This document shows positions 56,601 through 64,000 of a stretch of DNA of 64,000 nucleotides, piece after piece; positions within the stretch are counted from its first letter, which is position 1, and every line of letters begins with the position of its first letter. The notes below the pieces were generated by a model. It was not told the origin of the DNA. It did not search any database and saw nothing but the letters and a program-made list of their open reading frames with translations. The stretch is from a virus, in the IMG/VR virus record IMGVR_UViG_3300025645_000038, positions 1-64,000 of that record; one strand, 5' to 3'. The translations under genes and the position numbers were made by a program.

Positions 56601-57305
56601 CAAATAAATCAAGATGTACAGAAAGCGTTTAAGATTGAGAAACCTTTTATATCTAAGTTACCACAAGTAAAGGACTTTAGTAAAAGACAAAGTTACTTCT
56701 TAGGTAAGTTAAATAAATTACAGAATGAATTTAACCTAAAGGGTAATAATACACTATCAGATTATCATCAAGCTTATTGGATGGAGTATATTTATAATGC
56801 AGGAAAACAATTTAAGTATAATGTTCCAAATAACATATTAGTTAAATTAACTCGTAGATGGGCATTTTTAGACAAGTCTTACAAAATACCACAAATTAGA
56901 AAAGATATAAAGAATGAAAAGTTTTTAAATTGGATATTAAAAACAGACAAAATGGATTTAAAAGGGTTACAAAAGAAACATATTAGAGATTGGGAAGTTC
57001 TTTTCTTTGAGTTGGGTGCTGAAATATTGAAAAATCTTAGTGATTTTATAGCAGCTAATCCAGATAAAGCAGCTCAACAAATTCGTAAGGATTTAGTGAA
57101 AGCAGTTTCAAAAGTCAAAACTTCAAAAGATCCAAAGGTACTAAACACATTAAAAACTCAATTGGATAGATTGAAAGCTATCGGTGGTTTAAAATCTGTA
57201 GTTCCGAGTGAAGGTATTACTTTTGTATTTAAAGGAAAGTTATACAAGTATACTGGTGCTTTTGCTCCAGCAAATCAAATCTTAGGTATGTTAAAATTCG
57301 TATAG
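53661..57305 (+). CDS. multidomain protein: P-loop kinase + HxGH nucleotidyltransferase + ligase-like (KxDG) domain
   Basis: LAGGPGSGKS/IIDGTG; FGGRFQPFHSGH...VSGTQMR; EGGAYGHLNHP, TEKTDGQN, EGITF, KYTGAFAP. Confidence 0.75.
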   Translation: MDKLTEFLTKPFLNEGARDPGIFKAIFLAGGPGSGKSFVAQKLFGIPEKINVSKTGLKMVNQDSELELLLKKYFGTTDIDNMPDELFADLTGVDKKGKPVDYDTSGLRKFAKSLSKERLRLYTNGKLGVIIDGTGHNFSKIKKRRKDLMDMGYDTYMVFVNTSLKIARERNEKRDRVVPDAIVEKSWEDVQGNLGAFQGLFGGSNFMIVQNNKMLSDSQITKHFKMLVSKGIDSFLKKPIKSKVGKAWLRREKKHQKVFKDPGQSKFFESIKVPVDIGDTVLMGRFKNKKVVVKSIDYNEKGDLLINGRTALKFRIMKKDTNEEFGAPAGTLPSPSRKMVKKMKRKGNTSVPYGSGYKKVNENDKAELYKLYSMGMKAFTGSAKHKEILKKIKVLRKKLGMNEAQKTVTDKVFDKKRESGAWTVIGHIKKKGKSTFHVRDEKTKKRFDVKLMEQKQIKKTIGVFGGRFQPFHSGHLATYNWLKTQVDEVYITTSNIKQPPRHPMDFKEKVRHMTKMGIKKNRIIQEKTPYVAVNLLKKFNPDTTAVVYAFGKKDAGRLKGGTKKSGGKTYYQDYKKNKNNLEGFETHGYYITAPQFGSVSGTQMRKLLGDPKIDDSEREKAFKKVFGYYDKGIYNMMTNKFKKLFESYDLTDELIKEFLIEATGTTGGNLDDGPSTFYTDYPTYKKTSKEWLDSIYSDAGWKILDYILDDNAKNSIEKNYHSVPLTFLDHGQQGGSVGAVNKYKNWMSEVVKPLGWQVVSWMGTEAAINNIIGSLFAAGADGDEYTEEDFKLTEKINLDKEVKLLLEGGAYGHLNHPFDDKNLTFSDFKTLIINTLQGKLDSEGAVTEKTDGQNIMVSWKGGKLIAARNKGHIKNHGAGALDINGIKNMFAGRGEIEKAFVYAMRDLQKAVGGLSDAQKNKIFDEGKKFMSLEVIYPKTANVIPYDKSLLQFHGTIEYDSAGSPIGEDRGSARVLAGMIKQINQDVQKAFKIEKPFISKLPQVKDFSKRQSYFLGKLNKLQNEFNLKGNNTLSDYHQAYWMEYIYNAGKQFKYNVPNNILVKLTRRWAFLDKSYKIPQIRKDIKNEKFLNWILKTDKMDLKGLQKKHIRDWEVLFFELGAEILKNLSDFIAANPDKAAQQIRKDLVKAVSKVKTSKDPKVLNTLKTQLDRLKAIGGLKSVVPSEGITFVFKGKLYKYTGAFAPANQILGMLKFV

Positions 57306-57314
57306 GAGTAGGTT

Positions 57315-57845
57315 ATGGGATATAGTAAAGAGTCAGAAAGACAAAACAAAGCATTAGGAGATTTACTATCTGGTAAAACTCCTGAAAAAAGAGTAATGGT
57401 TGGTTACAAAGGTAAAGAACAAGAAAGTGGTGACCAAATCAGTAGACTTTCAGATATTATGAAAGAGGCTAGAATGCCTATGTTTTGTCCTAAGTGTGAT
57501 GTTATTATGAAAAAAAGACTTGATAATAAGTTTTGGAGTATGTTTGGTCATTGTTTTGATTGTCAGGTAAAAATAGAGAACAAGATGAGAATTGATGGTA
57601 CATATAAAGAATGGGAAAAAAATAAAATAAAAGAAAACAAAATATCTTTTGTAAAAGAACAAATACAGGCTATAGAAGAATGGAAAGATATGAAAGCTCC
57701 TGAATTTTACAATAATGTTGGTGTTAACGAACCAATGTTAGAAAAAGAAAAATGGGATGTTAATGTTGAAAAAATTCAAAAAGAAGCTAAAGAGGCTTTA
57801 GAAAAATACACAGAAGTTTTAGAACAATTGGAGAACGAAAAATGA
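57315..57845 (+). CDS. Zn-finger protein (CPKC...CFDC) with helical C-terminus
   Basis: Two CxxC pairs; AGGAG SD. Confidence 0.65.
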   Translation: MGYSKESERQNKALGDLLSGKTPEKRVMVGYKGKEQESGDQISRLSDIMKEARMPMFCPKCDVIMKKRLDNKFWSMFGHCFDCQVKIENKMRIDGTYKEWEKNKIKENKISFVKEQIQAIEEWKDMKAPEFYNNVGVNEPMLEKEKWDVNVEKIQKEAKEALEKYTEVLEQLENEK

Positions 57846-58150
57846 AGTTATGGAAAATAATACTTGGTATCTTAGGAGCCGTTGGTGCTCTTTTTGCTGC
57901 TTCTTCAAAGAGTAAAGAAGTAAGAGAACTTAAAAAGGTTATCAACGAAAATAAGAAAGAAGAAAAGAAAGTTGAAAAGCAAATAAAAAAGTTAGAAGAA
58001 ACTAAAACGTCTTCTAAAAAAGAAGTTGGTAATCTTAAAAGAAAACTAACTAATTCTAAAAAGAAAACTCAAAAGATGCAAGAGGTTTACGATAACGATG
58101 AAGTAGAATCAGCTGAAGATTTTTTGAGAAAGTTCGCTAAAAGCAAATGA
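57842..58150 (+). CDS. N-anchored coiled-coil membrane protein (i-spanin-like)
   Basis: N-terminal TM followed by a Lys/Glu coiled coil. Confidence 0.55.
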   Translation: MKLWKIILGILGAVGALFAASSKSKEVRELKKVINENKKEEKKVEKQIKKLEETKTSSKKEVGNLKRKLTNSKKKTQKMQEVYDNDEVESAEDFLRKFAKSK

Positions 58151-58530
58151 AGATAGCTGTAAAAATATTAAAATACTTTTTGATATCATTCTTCGTGTTG
58201 TCAGTTGCTAGTAGTCAATCTTACACACAAGCTGAAGTATTGGAGATGATAAAAGAAAGAGACTTACAGTGGGAAGGTAAAGTAGACAATGCAAATAATC
58301 TAATTGCGTCTCAGAAAGAAGTCATTGATGACTCTGATAAGTTGATAAAAGAATTGGAAAGTCAAGTAAAAACTGATTCTTTACTGCTTTTTAAAAAAAG
58401 TGAACAGATTGAGTTGTTGAAAGAAAGAGATGAGGCTAATCAAAAGATGATTAGGTTAGTAAAACCAAGGCTATGGGAACATAGATACCTTTGGTTTGTT
58501 GTAGGAATTTACTTAGGGAAGCTATTATGA
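58147..58530 (+). CDS. exported coiled-coil protein with C-terminal hydrophobic tail (spanin-like)
   Basis: Signal-peptide-like N-terminus, coiled coil, YLWFVVGIYLGKLL tail. Confidence 0.5.
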   Translation: MKIAVKILKYFLISFFVLSVASSQSYTQAEVLEMIKERDLQWEGKVDNANNLIASQKEVIDDSDKLIKELESQVKTDSLLLFKKSEQIELLKERDEANQKMIRLVKPRLWEHRYLWFVVGIYLGKLL

Positions 58531-60104
58531 AACCAGGTGTTCTAAAAGATGTGATAAAAAAAGAGTACTCTAAGTGTGCTAAAGACCCTATATACTTTTT
58601 AAAAAAGTATTGTGTGGTTCAGCACCCAATGAAAGGTAAAGTTCCTTTTCATCTTTATCCTTATCAAGAAAAGTCTCTTGCTACATTTGAAGAACATAGA
58701 TTTAACATCATACTAAAAGCTCGTCAGTTAGGATTATCTACATTGACTGCTGGTTACTCTCTTTGGATGATGACATTTCATCAAGATAAAAACATATTAG
58801 TAATCGCAACTAAACAAGATACTGCTAAAAACTTAGTTACAAAGGTTAGGGTGATGCACGCTAACTTACCATCTTGGTTAAAACAAAAATGTACGGAAGA
58901 TAATAAACTATCTCTACGATATAATAATGGTTCACAGATAAAAGCTGTTTCAAGTGGTGAAGATAGTGGTCGTTCAGAAGCTCTATCTCTACTGATACTT
59001 GATGAGGCTGCTTTCATTGATAAGATTGAACCGATATGGGCTGCTGCTTCACAGACACTATCTACTGGTGGACAATGTATTGCACTATCTACACCAAATG
59101 GTATAGGTAATTGGTTTCATAAGACTTGGGTTGGTGCAGAAGATGGTAGTAATGATTGGAACTTCATTAAACTTCATTGGAATTTGCATCCTGAGAGGAA
59201 TGATGAGTGGAGAGCAGAACAAGACAAACTATTAGGCCCGTCATTAGCGGCTCAAGAATGTGATTGTGACTTTCTAACCTCTGGTCAAACTGTTATAGAT
59301 GGTGTTATACTAGAGGAGTATAGAGAAAAACAGACTCAAGACCCTTTAGAAAAAAGAGGAGTTGATAGTAACCTTTGGATATGGCAACCACCTAACTATA
59401 CAAAAGATTATGTGTTGAGTGCTGATGTTAGTAGAGGAGATGGCTCGGATTACTCCGCATTTCATGTTATGGAAGTAGAGACTATGGAACAAGTAGCAGA
59501 ATACAGAGGTAAGATATCAACAAAAGATTTTGGAAACTTATGTGTAAATACAGCAACAGAATATAACAACGCCTTATTAGTAGTTGAAAATAACAATATA
59601 GGTTGGGCTACATTACAACAATGTATTGATAGAGGTTATGAAAACCTTTTTTATACAAGTAAAGATTTAAAGTATGTAGATACAGAACATCAAATAAATA
59701 ATCGATATAGAAACCAAGATAAGAATATGGTAGCTGGTTTTTCTATGACAATGAAGACAAGACCTCTGGTAATAGCTAAATTAGAAGAATATTTTAGAGA
59801 AAAGTCAGTAATTGTTCGTTCAAATCGATTAATTGATGAGTTGTTTGTATTTATATATAACAATAATAAAGCTGAAGCGATGCAGGGATACAACGATGAT
59901 TTAGTGATGAGTTTTGCTCTCACTCTTTGGGTAAGGGATACTGCATTGAGATTACGAAATGAAGGAATAGAACTAACTAAAAGAACTTTAAGTGGTGTAA
60001 CATCACAGATGATACCACAAAAACCAACCAATCAAACGAACTCTTGGGAAATAGAAGTAGGACCCAACGGAGAAAAAGAATCGTTAGATTGGTTACTTAA
60101 CTAA
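58527..60104 (+). CDS. terL: terminase large subunit (gp17-like)
   Basis: LYPYQ, ILKARQLGLST, LLILDEAAF, STPNG, ADVSRG-x3-DYS, VENN, NDDLVMS; start at ATGA overlap 58527. Confidence 0.95.
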   Translation: MKPGVLKDVIKKEYSKCAKDPIYFLKKYCVVQHPMKGKVPFHLYPYQEKSLATFEEHRFNIILKARQLGLSTLTAGYSLWMMTFHQDKNILVIATKQDTAKNLVTKVRVMHANLPSWLKQKCTEDNKLSLRYNNGSQIKAVSSGEDSGRSEALSLLILDEAAFIDKIEPIWAAASQTLSTGGQCIALSTPNGIGNWFHKTWVGAEDGSNDWNFIKLHWNLHPERNDEWRAEQDKLLGPSLAAQECDCDFLTSGQTVIDGVILEEYREKQTQDPLEKRGVDSNLWIWQPPNYTKDYVLSADVSRGDGSDYSAFHVMEVETMEQVAEYRGKISTKDFGNLCVNTATEYNNALLVVENNNIGWATLQQCIDRGYENLFYTSKDLKYVDTEHQINNRYRNQDKNMVAGFSMTMKTRPLVIAKLEEYFREKSVIVRSNRLIDELFVFIYNNNKAEAMQGYNDDLVMSFALTLWVRDTALRLRNEGIELTKRTLSGVTSQMIPQKPTNQTNSWEIEVGPNGEKESLDWLLN

Positions 60105-60115
60105 GAGGCATAAAA

Positions 60116-61921
60116 ATGGCAGATAAAGATTTATTTTCGAGACTAAAACGACTATTTTCTACGAATACAATTGTTCGTAATATTGGTGGAAGAAAGTTAA
60201 AGATTGTAGACACAGGACAATTACAATCTAATGTACAGACTAATTTAGTTGATAGATATAGTAAGTTGTATTCTAATATGCAACAATATGGTTACAATGA
60301 CCAACTATATCAACAACAACTTCGTTTAGGATTATTTAGGGATTATGAATCAATGGATAGTGATTCCATAATCGCCTCTGCATTAGATATCTATTCTGAT
60401 GAATCTACTATGAAAAACGAGTATGGTAAGGTATTGGATATTACAACAGATAATGACCAGATTCATGACATACTCCATAACCTATTTTATGATATCTTAA
60501 ACATAGAGTTTAATCTATGGCCTTGGGTTCGTAATATGAACAAGTATGGTGATTTCTTTTTACAATTAGAGATTACTGATAAGTATGGTATCACAAATGT
60601 AACTCCTATGTCTGCTTATGATGTGGCTAGAATGGAAGGACACCAGCCCGATAATCCACAAATGGTTCAGTTTATGCTAACACCACAGGGTGATAGTAGT
60701 AGACACTCAGCTAAACAGAAAGACCCAAAGACATTTGAGAACTATGAGGTAGCTCACTTCAGATTACTTTCAGATTCTAATTATGTACCTTATGGTCGTT
60801 CTATGTTAGAGGGTGGTAGAAAGGTGTGGAAACAATTAACTCTTATGGAAGATGCTATGTTGATTCATAGGATTATGAGAGCTCCTGAAAAAAGAGTATT
60901 TAAATTAGACATTGGTAATATACCACCAGCTGAAGTTGATAACTTTATGCAACAAACAATTAATAAGATGAAGAAGGCTCCTGTTATCGATGAGAAGACA
61001 GGTGACTATAATCTTCGTTACAACATCCAAAACCTTACAGAAGATTTCTTTTTACCGGTAAGGGGTGGAGATAGTGGAACTAACATCGAATCACTTAGTG
61101 GTTTAGACTATGATGCTGTTGACGATATTGAATATTTAAGAAACAGACTTATGGCTTCTCTGAGAGTTCCAAAGGCTTTCTTAGGATATGAAGAAGGATT
61201 GGGTTCTAAAGCTACGTTGGCTGCTGAAGATGTAAGGTTTGCTAGAACAATCGAAAGAATACAGAGAATTGTAGTTAGTGAGTTGACTAAGATTGCTGTA
61301 GTTCATCTGTATGCTCAAGGTTATCGTGACCAAGAGTTGGTAAACTTTGACTTAAAACTTACCAATCCATCTACTATATACGAGCAAGAAAAGCTTGAAT
61401 TGTGGAATCAAAAAGCTTCTTTAGCAGACTCTATGATAAGAGATGGTTTGATGTCAACAGAATGGATTTACAAAAATGTGTTTGGCTTTAGTGACGAAGA
61501 AATGAAAGAGAACGATGACCAAATAATTTTTGATTACAAAAACAAGTTTAGAAGACAACAGATTGAAGCTGAGGGTAACGATCCTGCTAAAAGTGGTCAG
61601 TCACAAGGTACACCATCTGATTTAGCTATGGGTAGAACAGGTCATGAGTTAGAAGATGAGGGTGGTTCGGAAAAAGGTGGACAACCAGGTGCTGGAAGAC
61701 CAAAGGAAGCTAACAAATATGGTAAGGATAGTGGAGCTAGAGGTAGAGATCCATTAGGAGCACATGATAAGAAGATGGCTCATGGTGCTGTAGCAACACA
61801 TCACTATGAAAATCTGTTTAAACATTTAGGTAAAAACGCGAAGACACTACTTTCTGAGTCAAGTGAGTTGGAAAATGAATATAAATCAGAAGTATCTTCC
61901 CTTAATACTAAGAAAAATTAA
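60116..61921 (+). CDS. portal protein (T4 gp20-like)
   Basis: LMEDAMLIHRIMRAPEKRVFKLDIGN, EDFFLPVRGG, LRVPK, RFARTIERIQ. Confidence 0.95.
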   Translation: MADKDLFSRLKRLFSTNTIVRNIGGRKLKIVDTGQLQSNVQTNLVDRYSKLYSNMQQYGYNDQLYQQQLRLGLFRDYESMDSDSIIASALDIYSDESTMKNEYGKVLDITTDNDQIHDILHNLFYDILNIEFNLWPWVRNMNKYGDFFLQLEITDKYGITNVTPMSAYDVARMEGHQPDNPQMVQFMLTPQGDSSRHSAKQKDPKTFENYEVAHFRLLSDSNYVPYGRSMLEGGRKVWKQLTLMEDAMLIHRIMRAPEKRVFKLDIGNIPPAEVDNFMQQTINKMKKAPVIDEKTGDYNLRYNIQNLTEDFFLPVRGGDSGTNIESLSGLDYDAVDDIEYLRNRLMASLRVPKAFLGYEEGLGSKATLAAEDVRFARTIERIQRIVVSELTKIAVVHLYAQGYRDQELVNFDLKLTNPSTIYEQEKLELWNQKASLADSMIRDGLMSTEWIYKNVFGFSDEEMKENDDQIIFDYKNKFRRQQIEAEGNDPAKSGQSQGTPSDLAMGRTGHELEDEGGSEKGGQPGAGRPKEANKYGKDSGARGRDPLGAHDKKMAHGAVATHHYENLFKHLGKNAKTLLSESSELENEYKSEVSSLNTKKN

Positions 61922-61929
61922 GTTATCAT

Positions 61930-61937
61930 ATATTTAT
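61930..61937 (+). promoter_or_regulatory. putative late promoter ATATTTAT
   Basis: Intergenic after the portal gene, ATATTTATATATGAA. Confidence 0.6.
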
Positions 61938-61971
61938 ATATGAAGAATTATATAAACGATTGGAGTATAAT

Positions 61972-62826
61972 ATGAGTTCAAAGACAAAACACTCAAAGAT
62001 CCGTAATACTGGTATCTTATTTGAGTTGTTGACAAGACAAATTACAGTTGATGTCCTTAATAATGATAAAAAAGGTTCAGCGGCTAATATATTAAAGGAG
62101 TTTTTCAATAATAAGACTCAATTAGGAAAAGAGTATGAATTGTATAGAGTTTTGACTGTAGAAAATTATACATCTGAAATAAAAGCTAATCATTTAGTAG
62201 ATGCTGTAGTAAAGGCTCGTCAAAAACTAAATGGTTCTCAATTAAAAAGAGAAAAATACAATCTAATTAAAGAAATAAAGAAGACTTATAATATAAATGA
62301 CTTCTTTATGGCTAGGATTCCAAATTATAAAGTAAATGCTTCAATATTTAAAGTCTTTGATTCTAATACTGATGGAAATCCAGCGTCTGAAGTAGATAGT
62401 AGGTTCACAATCGTAGAGCATGTAACAAGAAAACAGATTTCTAACAAAAAAGAAGACAAGAAACTTGTTGAGGGCTACAAAAAGCAAGAAAAAGACTTGA
62501 GATTACTTGCTTATGGTATATTAGTCGAAAAATTTAACAAAAAGTACAGTTCTTTAAGTAAATCACAGAAAAAACTACTTAAAGAGTACATAAATAACAT
62601 TTCTAACACCAATTCTCTTAAAGAGTTCGTAGAAACTGAAACAATTAAGGTAAAATCTAAACTCCAATCGTTTTTACCTAAAGTTAGTGATAAAGTTACT
62701 AAGATTAAGCTTCAAGAAGCTATTAATCAAGCAGAAACTCTTATGAAGGGAAGAATTGTTGAAGATAAACAAGTAGTTACGCTAATGAGGTATTATCAAT
62801 TAGTTAAGGAGCTTGAAAATGTCTAA
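61972..62826 (+). CDS. head morphogenesis/structural protein
   Basis: KHSKIRNTGILFELL motif; directly downstream of the portal; GGAG SD before ATG 61972. Confidence 0.65.
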   Translation: MSSKTKHSKIRNTGILFELLTRQITVDVLNNDKKGSAANILKEFFNNKTQLGKEYELYRVLTVENYTSEIKANHLVDAVVKARQKLNGSQLKREKYNLIKEIKKTYNINDFFMARIPNYKVNASIFKVFDSNTDGNPASEVDSRFTIVEHVTRKQISNKKEDKKLVEGYKKQEKDLRLLAYGILVEKFNKKYSSLSKSQKKLLKEYINNISNTNSLKEFVETETIKVKSKLQSFLPKVSDKVTKIKLQEAINQAETLMKGRIVEDKQVVTLMRYYQLVKELENV

Positions 62827-63247
62827 AATGGATAAACTCAAAGAGATAATCAGAGAGTTAATCAAAAGGGAACTTGATGAGGCTTCTACTTCAGCTGCCA
62901 CACCAGGTTACCAAACACCTTACGCATTTAGTGGTGGTAGAAGTAAAGATAAGAAGAAAAAGAAGAAGATAGCTACAAACTCTACTGGATACAGTAAGGT
63001 AAATGAGGGTAAGTATCACGATTATAGAAATGACGATACTTTATCACCAAAACAAAAAATTGGTCGTTCAATGAGAGAGATTAGAGATAGTCTTAACGAA
63101 TTGAACAAGTTAGTAAAGATGAATGTTCGTCTTAAAAATGAATTAAAAGTTGATTCTAGGTCATATTGGAAAAATACACATAAGGCTTTAAATAAAATAA
63201 GTGAGAGGTTAGTAAAACTAGCAAACAAAGTTGGTCAATTACAGTAG
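62819..63247 (+). CDS. head-associated protein with putative prohead-protease sites
   Basis: IIRELIKRELDE/ASTS..GYQTPYAF, KVNE; AAGGAG SD. Confidence 0.65.
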   Translation: MSKMDKLKEIIRELIKRELDEASTSAATPGYQTPYAFSGGRSKDKKKKKKIATNSTGYSKVNEGKYHDYRNDDTLSPKQKIGRSMREIRDSLNELNKLVKMNVRLKNELKVDSRSYWKNTHKALNKISERLVKLANKVGQLQ

Positions 63248-63254
63248 CTTCGCT

Positions 63255-63440
63255 ATGGCGTTTGAAGACAAAAAGAAATCCTATATGGATACTCTTTTTA
63301 GTATTTCGACTCTGTTAAAAAGATGGCAGGTTGAGATACAAAGAAAAGATGTAGATAAGACTTATATGTTAAGAAGACTTGGACAATGGATAGAACAGTT
63401 GGAAAGTCTTAAACATGAAATAATGATGGAGAAAGATTAA
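63255..63440 (+). CDS. hypothetical helical protein
   Basis: ATG 63255; TAATG coupling to the next gene. Confidence 0.55.
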   Translation: MAFEDKKKSYMDTLFSISTLLKRWQVEIQRKDVDKTYMLRRLGQWIEQLESLKHEIMMEKD

Positions 63441-64000
63441 TGATATCACTATTAGAAATAGCACATAGTATGAATGAGGCTGATGACGATAAGTATGTAT
63501 CTATCGGTTTTGGTAGGTTCAAACTTAAAGGTAAGGAAGATGACGATGATGCTGATGTCTATGCAAAAACCGACTCTGGTGAGTATGTAAAATCTGCTGA
63601 CCAAGAGAGTGATGACGATGGTGGTGAAAAAGACAAACCAGAACCACAGGGTAGTAAGTTAAGTGGTAGTGATTTTGAAAGAGATAGTAGTGACAACGAA
63701 GAAAGTGATGATGTAGAAATATCAGATGCTAACTCTGGTCCTATCGATACGGATGATATTATGGACATGTTAAAAAATGATTCTGAAGTTGTTGATAAGA
63801 TGGGCGATGATGTGTATTGGGATGGTATGGATTTAGTTAGTTCAAAGTATGATGATGATACAATAGCATCTATACCTGATGATGCTGATATGACTTTAGG
63901 AGATTTGAAAAAACAAATAATGGATTACGAAGAAGAACAAGACGAATCAATCAAAGTAATCGATGGAAAAAAATATAAAGCAATAAAGGAATCAAAAAAG
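63440..64000 (+). CDS. acidic head-associated protein, truncated by window end
   Basis: Not in ORF track; MISLLEIAHSMNEADDDKYVSIGFGRFK... open to 64000; GGAG SD. Confidence 0.65.
   Translation, partial: MISLLEIAHSMNEADDDKYVSIGFGRFKLKGKEDDDDADVYAKTDSGEYVKSADQESDDDGGEKDKPEPQGSKLSGSDFERDSSDNEESDDVEISDANSGPIDTDDIMDMLKNDSEVVDKMGDDVYWDGMDLVSSKYDDDTIASIPDDADMTLGDLKKQIMDYEEEQDESIKVIDGKKYKAIKESKK

Noticed and set aside
58527-61921. Inteins or introns in the terminase or portal
   Set aside because: Motifs are contiguous, sizes are ordinary, and no splicing signatures are visible.
1-64000. Stop-codon reassignment as in some jumbo phages
   Set aside because: Very long ORFs are intact in code 11, and TAG and TGA both terminate genes right before the next start.

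Overview
This AT-rich, gene-dense window is a segment of a large tailed phage genome (T4-like or jumbo myovirus, standard genetic code), not a cellular chromosome. Almost all genes are on the + strand. 1-11 kb holds small early and accessory genes: a holin-like protein, a Popeye/cNMP-binding membrane protein, a GH108 endolysin, Hsp20, a 3D-domain muralytic protein, a peptide deformylase with a SEC-C tail, a tmRNA and a non-canonical tRNA-Gly. A repeated sigma70-like early promoter punctuates this part. 11-18 kb holds a DruA/DUF4338-like gene, a divergent GmrSD-like nuclease, a glycosyltransferase-wHTH fusion, an HD hydrolase and a gp55-like late sigma factor. 18-34 kb is the baseplate module. 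35-39.6 kb holds a resolvase, a primase and an Mre11-Rad50 fusion, preceded by a repeat-rich intergenic region. 39.9-53.6 kb is a 4583-aa repetitive tail fibre. 53.7-64 kb holds a kinase/nucleotidyltransferase/ligase-like multidomain protein, spanin-like genes, the large terminase, the portal and head-associated proteins. The best candidates for new biology are: (i) an apparent virion-packaged enzyme polyprotein cut by the prohead protease; (ii) a candidate DNA-modification plus modification-dependent nuclease cassette; (iii) a tmRNA with a 37-codon tag folded into a long hairpin; (iv) a pervasive [ST]-[GAS]-S motif across unrelated virion proteins; (v) blue-copper-like domains inserted in the tail fibre. 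All family assignments come from motif recognition by eye; no database searches were run.
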